A stretch of 63,986 nucleotides of DNA, filler included, from Stramenopiles sp. TOSAG23-6 (Eukaryota): the NCBI GenBank assembly GCA_900128565.1. It is 7 parts of 7 records of this genome, joined end to end, with 100 filler letters (N's around TTAATTAATTAA, not from the genome) between each part and the next. Parts side by side here need not be neighbours in the genome. Positions count along the whole stretch, not along the records: positions 55,312 to 63,986 come from LT636425.1; 6 more parts are not named here. One strand, 5' to 3'. Positions 56,552-63,986 of this stretch are shown in pieces. Both the position numbers and the translations under genes were made by a program. Under the pieces are notes generated by a model, which saw only the letters and a list, made by a program, of their open reading frames with translations, was not told the origin of the DNA and did no database searches. Positions within the stretch are counted from its first letter, which is position 1. Each line of letters begins with the position of its first letter.

Positions 56552-58471
56552 ATGTTTGGTTCTAGCGTAGTTCTGGGTGACTTGAATGATTTTATTGCAC
56601 CCTCTCAAGCGTGTGTCAATCCAATGTTTGTATCAAGTCAAGCTCAGTCAAAGAATGTGCTTGAGTCAAATAAGCCCCGAATTGGTGCTTCTCGACTTAG
56701 AAAAATTCTACGTAGTACTGAAAATTCAAAGGGTGCTTTAGGTTCATCAAAAGGTGCTTCAAAGATATCGTTAACTAGTGGTGCATTTTCTGGGATAACG
56801 GCGCCAGTGTTGTCCTATGAAGCCGGTAGCTATGACAAAGTCCGCCCTGATTTGATCAAGGGTGGTGGTAAAAAGAAAGCAACAGTATCTTTGAATGATT
56901 GCCTTGCATGTTCTGGTTGTGTCACATCTGCTGAAACTGTATTAATCAAGCAGCAAAGCGTAGAAGCACTTTATAAAGTACTAGATTTGAAACAAACGAA
57001 TAGAGCTGCTACAGATGTTCTTCAGACTGTAAATACGTCTAGTGAATCCACACCTAGATTCGTTGTTGTTTCTGTATCAGCTGAAGCTCGTGCTTCATTG
57101 GCTGTTCACTTTGGTGTAACCCAAGAAGACATTCATTGGCGTTTACGGAATTACTTTCTGTCCTTAGGTGTTGATTTTGTATTCGACGCCTCAAGCGCTA
57201 CTGATATTTCGCTACTAGAATCCCGAGCTGAGTTTGTGTCACGTTTTCAAAATCGGAAAAATTACCCATGGAATCGCCCTACTCCAACAATTGCAAAGTC
57301 ATCCACACGTACAATTAATCCTGTAACACAGAATATTGTTAAAAACGACAAAGAATGTTTTAAGGCTTTACCAATGTTAGCATCATCATGCCCGGGTTGG
57401 ATTTGTTACGCGGAAAAACGTCATCCAGAATCAATACCGTTTATATCTACTGCAAAATCACCTCATCAGATATCTGGAATTTTAGCCAAGGGATATGTAA
57501 TTGATGAATTATTTAAAAATAATAAGGAAAATGATAAGGAAAATGATAGTACTTCAACTCTGAATAAACGGATTGCTCCATGGGAAGTTTTTCACATAAC
57601 TATTATGGCTTGCTATGACCGAAAGTTGGAAGCTTCAAGACTTGACTTTGTTCATGATATACACGATAAATATAGTGGCAATACAACTCTGTTGAATGCA
57701 ACAGATTCCATGGATGCTGAAATGATTATTCATGACGCAGAAAGTGCCTCTAACACTAGTATAAAACAAGTACGGGAAACTGATCTTGTTCTCACATCGA
57801 CTGAAGTCATTGATATGTTACAATCTAGCTGGAAATCAACGGCTGAAAAATCAATGAATCGTGCAAAAATGTCTTTTAATGAATATTTTTTGCAACTGGA
57901 TTCAAAACCAGCACCTATGGATAGTCTAGAAAGAAATATGACGTCATTCGTCACACCTGTGTCACGTTGTAGTGATTATACTAGTGGTATATACGCTGTA
58001 AAGAAGTGGATCGCTGAAAACCACAAAAAAGGTGTGAAGGATGTTTACATTCGCAAAGCATTGAAAACCGGACTTTCAAAAGGTCATTTCGCAATGCACC
58101 ACCAACATAAGGGATCTTACAAGATGGGAGCTCCAGCAAAGAAGGCACCAAAGAAGAAGGCAACCAAGAAACGCGCAGCTCCAAAGAAACGTAAGGCTAA
58201 GAAGAAGGCAACCAAGAAACGTGCAGCACCAAAGAAACGAAAGGCAGCGAAGAAAAAAACAACCAAGAAGAAAAAGCCCGCCAAAAAGAAGAAGGCAACC
58301 AAAAAACGCAAGCCTGCTAAGAAGAAATCAACCAAGAAGAAGAAATCAACCAAGAAGAAAAAGCCAGCTAAAAAACGCAAGGCAGCTAAAAAGAAGTCGA
58401 CCAAGAAGAAAAAGCCAGCTAAAAAACGCAAAGCCGCTAAGAAGAAATCGACCAAGAAGAAGAAGAAGTAA
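56552..58471 (+). CDS. In-frame fusion: NAR1 residues 1-482 plus the C-terminal part of linker histone H1 (57999-58471); likely chimeric
   Basis: Identical to 62746-61300 up to SGIYA, then VKKWI...IRKALKTGLSKG...KGSYK and a K/A/P-rich tail. Confidence 0.6.
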   Translation: MFGSSVVLGDLNDFIAPSQACVNPMFVSSQAQSKNVLESNKPRIGASRLRKILRSTENSKGALGSSKGASKISLTSGAFSGITAPVLSYEAGSYDKVRPDLIKGGGKKKATVSLNDCLACSGCVTSAETVLIKQQSVEALYKVLDLKQTNRAATDVLQTVNTSSESTPRFVVVSVSAEARASLAVHFGVTQEDIHWRLRNYFLSLGVDFVFDASSATDISLLESRAEFVSRFQNRKNYPWNRPTPTIAKSSTRTINPVTQNIVKNDKECFKALPMLASSCPGWICYAEKRHPESIPFISTAKSPHQISGILAKGYVIDELFKNNKENDKENDSTSTLNKRIAPWEVFHITIMACYDRKLEASRLDFVHDIHDKYSGNTTLLNATDSMDAEMIIHDAESASNTSIKQVRETDLVLTSTEVIDMLQSSWKSTAEKSMNRAKMSFNEYFLQLDSKPAPMDSLERNMTSFVTPVSRCSDYTSGIYAVKKWIAENHKKGVKDVYIRKALKTGLSKGHFAMHHQHKGSYKMGAPAKKAPKKKATKKRAAPKKRKAKKKATKKRAAPKKRKAAKKKTTKKKKPAKKKKATKKRKPAKKKSTKKKKSTKKKKPAKKRKAAKKKSTKKKKPAKKRKAAKKKSTKKKKK

Positions 58472-59509
58472 TCGTCCAAGAAATGAGCGAACTTTTTAAG
58501 GAGATAAAAAAAAAAGAGTTCATTCTTTGAATTCTTCCATGGACGTCTTATTCATAAGTCCAAAAATAAACTAGAATCAATATATTGGATTTTGTTTTTA
58601 ATTTTTTTTATTTTAACAATATATAAATAGACACATTGACGATTCGCATTCCCGCGCGCATGCAGCATGAGGGGAAAGTTCGTCGAAACGTTGAAAAAGT
58701 TCTTAATTTTTCATGAATATAAAACTAAAAAACTCAAGATGATTTGAACAACTTCTGCATCTGATAGTTCATTTATACTTTATTGCTCAAGGAGATAATC
58801 ACTTTTATTGTAGTAGAGTATTTATCTACTCGACTTCTTTTGAAGATAATCGTTCGCGGGGGAACTTTGTCATTTCCATCCCACAGAATCTAGGAATTCT
58901 TTTACAAAAAGAAAAAGATACATCTAACAAAAGTATAATATATCACACAGGTTTCACATATCGTTGAATCATTTTCTTTTATTTAACTTTAAAAATCAAT
59001 ATTAGAATTCGAAGTCATTTCAGCGGTAAGCATCGCATGTTAGGGTAATAATAGATCGAGAAGGGAAAGTTCTTCAGAAAGAGAGAGAAGAGAGTTCCTC
59101 AAAGACTTGAGTTGACTGACCACTTTCAAAAAAGTGTGACAAACCTGTTCGGGAGAGAGAGGTTAAACTTTTAATTACTACACTGTTTTCCTCTATACTT
59201 TCGACATTAATATATAGAGAGAACAATTCCAATTCAACATGTCTTTCAGAAAGACTTTAGAACAAGATTCAACATATACAGCATATATATATATAAGTAA
59301 CATATGTCTAGTCAAAGAACATGCCAATACATAAATAGTACAAAAAGGAAACGAAAAAGATAAAACGATAACACAAGAATTTTTCAACGATTCGCCAACA
59401 AACTTTATTATTCATATATACAAGTAGAAAGAAAATGTTTTCTTTATGTGGATGGTATTAATAAATACCTTTTTAGTTTCTTTGTCAACAAGTTGTTGAT
59501 GTAAAGGGC

Positions 59510-59929
<420 letters not shown>

Positions 59930-60235
59930 TTAAAGTTAGTTGAATAGTATGAACTGTAGTAATGAGTTAAACTGTCGAAAAATCGAATTTACAGGTTTGC
60001 GCGTGTGCTGGGAGCACCAATCGAGGCGAACTTTTCCAATTTCTCGATATTTCAAAATTGTTAATATTTCGTGCAAATACACGAAATACATCAGTATTCC
60101 AAAGATCGAGTTAAAGAATGACTTTGCTGGGAGTACCAATTTTTCACAAAAGAATTTGTACAAACATGCCCAATCACTTTCATCGATCAACCCACAAGGA
60201 GCACCATAATTAATATTTATCTAATCTATTATTAA

Positions 60236-60556
<321 letters not shown>

Positions 60557-60718
60557 ATGTAATTGCCCAACCCCCATTTTGCGCAAAGCAAATGGAAAAC
60601 AAACAAGGTATTTTGAATACCATCCTTGAAAGAAAACTATTTTCACGTTATATTAGTTATATTAGAAGTAATTTTATTGTAATAAATACTTTCAACATTA
60701 TAGAATATTTATATTAAT

Positions 60719-62746
60719 TTACCAGCTTATTCCCATAGGTGCTTTGTCTTCCATCTTCTGAACTGCATGATACTGTGTATGAAACCAACGTCTTGAAATG
60801 CTTGATAGTGGAGCACTTTCAATCCAGTTGTACACAGCTTTAGATACATTACTATCTTCTGGGTTTCTCTGAATAATATTTTCATGAAACTTCGTGTTGA
60901 CGTCTTTAATTAATTTCATGCGGCTATCAATAGAAGGTTTATGGTCTGAGGTGTTTGGATCGTCTGGGGCTTTAATTTGTCCACCTCCGTTGATACAACC
61001 ACTAGGACAAGCCATTATTTCAACGTAGTCATAAGGACACTTCCCTCGTTTCATAAGTCTAATTATCTTCTGGATGTTTCGAAATCCAAATGCGCGGGCA
61101 AAACGAAGTACTGTTCTAGAACTTTGCTCATTTTTGTTTTTAATTTTCAGAGACACTTCAGAAAAATCTTTGTTTCTTCCTTGAGACCATTCCAGTGGTT
61201 CATTTGGGTCTAAATACACACCAAAAAGTTCATGCGCTGCAAAACGAAAGATATGTTCCAAGAAACCCCCAGAACCTCCAGTTTCGATTTGTGTTACAGC
61301 AGCGTATATACCACTAGTATAATCACTACAACGTGACACAGGTGTGACGAATGACGTCATATTTCTTTCTAGACTATCCATAGGTGCTGGTTTTGAATCC
61401 AGTTGCAAAAAATATTCATTAAAAGACATTTTTGCACGATTCATTGATTTTTCAGCCGTTGATTTCCAGCTAGATTGTAACATATCAATGACTTCAGTCG
61501 ATGTGAGAACAAGATCAGTTTCCCGTACTTGTTTTATACTAGTGTTAGAGGCACTTTCTGCGTCATGAATAATCATTTCAGCATCCATGGAATCTGTTGC
61601 ATTCAACAGAGTTGTATTGCCACTATATTTATCGTGTATATCATGAACAAAGTCAAGTCTTGAAGCTTCCAACTTTCGGTCATAGCAAGCCATAATAGTT
61701 ATGTGAAAAACTTCCCATGGAGCAATCCGTTTATTCAGAGTTGAAGTACTATCATTTTCCTTATCATTTTCCTTATTATTTTTAAATAATTCATCAATTA
61801 CATATCCCTTGGCTAAAATTCCAGATATCTGATGAGGTGATTTTGCAGTAGATATAAACGGTATTGATTCTGGATGACGTTTTTCCGCGTAACAAATCCA
61901 ACCCGGGCATGATGATGCTAACATTGGTAAAGCCTTAAAACATTCTTTGTCGTTTTTAACAATATTCTGTGTTACAGGATTAATTGTACGTGTGGATGAC
62001 TTTGCAATTGTTGGAGTAGGGCGATTCCATGGGTAATTTTTCCGATTTTGAAAACGTGACACAAACTCAGCTCGGGATTCTAGTAGCGAAATATCAGTAG
62101 CGCTTGAGGCGTCGAATACAAAATCAACACCTAAGGACAGAAAGTAATTCCGTAAACGCCAATGAATGTCTTCTTGGGTTACACCAAAGTGAACAGCCAA
62201 TGAAGCACGAGCTTCAGCTGATACAGAAACAACAACGAATCTAGGTGTGGATTCACTAGACGTATTTACAGTCTGAAGAACATCTGTAGCAGCTCTATTC
62301 GTTTGTTTCAAATCTAGTACTTTATAAAGTGCTTCTACGCTTTGCTGCTTGATTAATACAGTTTCAGCAGATGTGACACAACCAGAACATGCAAGGCAAT
62401 CATTCAAAGATACTGTTGCTTTCTTTTTACCACCACCCTTGATCAAATCAGGGCGGACTTTGTCATAGCTACCGGCTTCATAGGACAACACTGGCGCCGT
62501 TATCCCAGAAAATGCACCACTAGTTAACGATATCTTTGAAGCACCTTTTGATGAACCTAAAGCACCCTTTGAATTTTCAGTACTACGTAGAATTTTTCTA
62601 AGTCGAGAAGCACCAATTCGGGGCTTATTTGACTCAAGCACATTCTTTGACTGAGCTTGACTTGATACAAACATTGGATTGACACACGCTTGAGAGGGTG
62701 CAATAAAATCATTCAAGTCACCCAGAACTACGCTAGAACCAAACAT
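60719..62746 (-). CDS. CIAO3: Cytosolic Fe-S assembly factor NAR1/NARFL (hydrogenase-like), complete and intronless
   Basis: DFIAPSQAC, SLNDCLACSGCVTSAETVL, LASSCPGWICYAEK, CYDRKLEASR, GFRNIQ, EIMACPSGCINGGGQ and HTQYHAV. Confidence 0.95.
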   Translation of the reverse strand: MFGSSVVLGDLNDFIAPSQACVNPMFVSSQAQSKNVLESNKPRIGASRLRKILRSTENSKGALGSSKGASKISLTSGAFSGITAPVLSYEAGSYDKVRPDLIKGGGKKKATVSLNDCLACSGCVTSAETVLIKQQSVEALYKVLDLKQTNRAATDVLQTVNTSSESTPRFVVVSVSAEARASLAVHFGVTQEDIHWRLRNYFLSLGVDFVFDASSATDISLLESRAEFVSRFQNRKNYPWNRPTPTIAKSSTRTINPVTQNIVKNDKECFKALPMLASSCPGWICYAEKRHPESIPFISTAKSPHQISGILAKGYVIDELFKNNKENDKENDSTSTLNKRIAPWEVFHITIMACYDRKLEASRLDFVHDIHDKYSGNTTLLNATDSMDAEMIIHDAESASNTSIKQVRETDLVLTSTEVIDMLQSSWKSTAEKSMNRAKMSFNEYFLQLDSKPAPMDSLERNMTSFVTPVSRCSDYTSGIYAAVTQIETGGSGGFLEHIFRFAAHELFGVYLDPNEPLEWSQGRNKDFSEVSLKIKNKNEQSSRTVLRFARAFGFRNIQKIIRLMKRGKCPYDYVEIMACPSGCINGGGQIKAPDDPNTSDHKPSIDSRMKLIKDVNTKFHENIIQRNPEDSNVSKAVYNWIESAPLSSISRRWFHTQYHAVQKMEDKAPMGISW

Positions 62747-63146
62747 TTTACAGGATGTATAGTTTGGTGATTTCTTTGATGATGAAATATTATACCATTA
62801 CAACTCTGCGTCTATACTGGTTCAGAACTGGCAGTCTATCTACAAACACAGAACTCAACAGTTGAACAGTCAGTCACACTGAATCGGCGAAATCGCGGCG
62901 ACTTCAGTCAAACAAAGTCGGAAGTTGGCCAGTCAGTCAGTCAACTTTTGCCTGCTGCTAGCTTATACAGTAGGAACTACAACTACCTCTAGTACCTATC
63001 TTATTATTGAGTACGTTTTTCTTTTCAATAATCTATATTTTTTCAGTCATAGGAAGGTTAAACCATTAGAACAATTCAGAAGACAATATAGAAGCATCAA
63101 AATTGTTTATATATCCAGCATAGTTTAAAAGTCAATTTGATTGGAT

Positions 63147-63903
63147 ATGAGCCGAAAACAATATTCTTCCGAAGAACGAAGTGAGTGGTCATCTGCTCGT
63201 ATTTGGACTGCAAAAAAAGGTTACTGTGCATACAAGCCAAAAGAATACCTCGACGATGCTATTGTCATTCTTGATCATGGATTCGAGTGCAAAAATCCTA
63301 TGCGAATTCTGTCAGGTGTATTGCAAGAACTTTTGTTTACAGATGACTACGAAGAAAAGACCGTGGTTGTGATTGACTTCACCAAGTTGCTCGAACCTCG
63401 TCCTAGCGATGAACCTGGATATGATGTTATTCATGATGAAGCAATCCAGCCGCAGTTTGGAAAACGCATGGAGAAACCAATCGTTCGCATCTTAGAGCGG
63501 TTATGCCTTCGAGACGCCACCCTTGTGGCTCGCGGAAGTGTTGTTCAGTTCTTGATGAAGCTTCTTAGTCCACATGTATCGCGTTCACTGACTATAGAAA
63601 ATGTGAAGAGGCTGGTTTTTGTTTGGCCTGACTTGCAACCAACATTTATCAACGAGCAGCTGAAAATTGGCGATGCTTTAGGTGATATCGAGTTGCGTAT
63701 TGCTTACTTTGATGCAAAACAACAGAAAAGAAGAAATAGAATTTTGTGCCACTATTGCCCAAAAATCACATCTATTATATGGCAAGGTGATCACCGAAAT
63801 ATGTCTGTCCTTCTTCCTTTACTGATTGAGAATATCCACGAGATAGAAAGTGAATATGAATGGAATCCAATACTTGAAGATGAAAATGGAAGACGAGTAT
63901 TAT
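63147..63903 (+). CDS. Hypothetical protein, first exon, divergent from NAR1
   Basis: Mirror copy of 55395-56151. Confidence 0.55.
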
Positions 63904-63986
63904 GTATGTTTTATTTTTTTTTTACTATGAATTTTTTTTCGTACGAAATTTCGTACCTAACAAATTTAAGTTTTTTTTTTGAAATA
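63904..63986 (+). mobile_element. Family intron cut by window end
   Basis: T|GTATGTTTTA...GTACGAAATTTCGTACCTAAC...TTGAAATA. Confidence 0.82.

Larger units (their letters stand above)
55312..57998. repeat. Left arm (2687 bp) of a long inverted repeat; right arm 61300-63986
   Basis: The arms appear to be exact reverse complements by eye, and the ORF track gives identical proteins on both. Confidence 0.95.

Noticed and set aside
58117-58479. Phe-rich and other antisense or overlapping ORFs in the track
   Set aside because: Shadows of low-complexity coding sequence, or translations of intron repeats.
58620-59170. Possible ncRNA between H1 and H3 (GGGAAAGTTC twice, box C/D-like words)
   Set aside because: No complete set of RNase P/MRP or snoRNA motifs could be assembled by eye; an Infernal/Rfam scan would be needed.

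Overview
AT-rich, gene-dense nuclear DNA of a flagellated protist. A stramenopile is plausible from the histone H3 sequence, but the taxon is not established. The window is seven unrelated ~8.7-9.2 kb contigs joined by artificial N-TTAATTAATTAA-N linkers. It holds about 30 protein genes or gene fragments, including transportin, AP-2 mu, importin-7/8, proteasome beta-2, a Nup160-like protein, PGM3, glucosidase I, NAR1/CIAO3, histones H1/H3/H4, flagellar proteins and LRR surface proteins. The main result is the intron system. About 43 short (~90-110 nt) introns are visible and nearly all belong to one repetitive, introner-like family. They have spliceosomal-looking donors (GTATGT/GTACGT) and a branch motif (TACCTAAC) but almost never end in AG. 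By manual count, 36 visible acceptors are 29 AT, 5 TT and 2 AG. Conserved protein motifs fix several boundaries (AP2M1 FHRC|VRL, PGM3 DTRPS|G, MOGS SRPF|FPRG and GW|LPREQ). The exon context is AT|G rather than the usual AG|G. Secondary observations are tandem (twin) introns, GC and AT donors, a Nup160-like protein with RRM/PH-like inserts and an FG-repeat tail, and an inverted NAR1-histone H1 fusion that is probably an amplification chimera. All splicing claims are inferred from DNA and protein homology, not from RNA.
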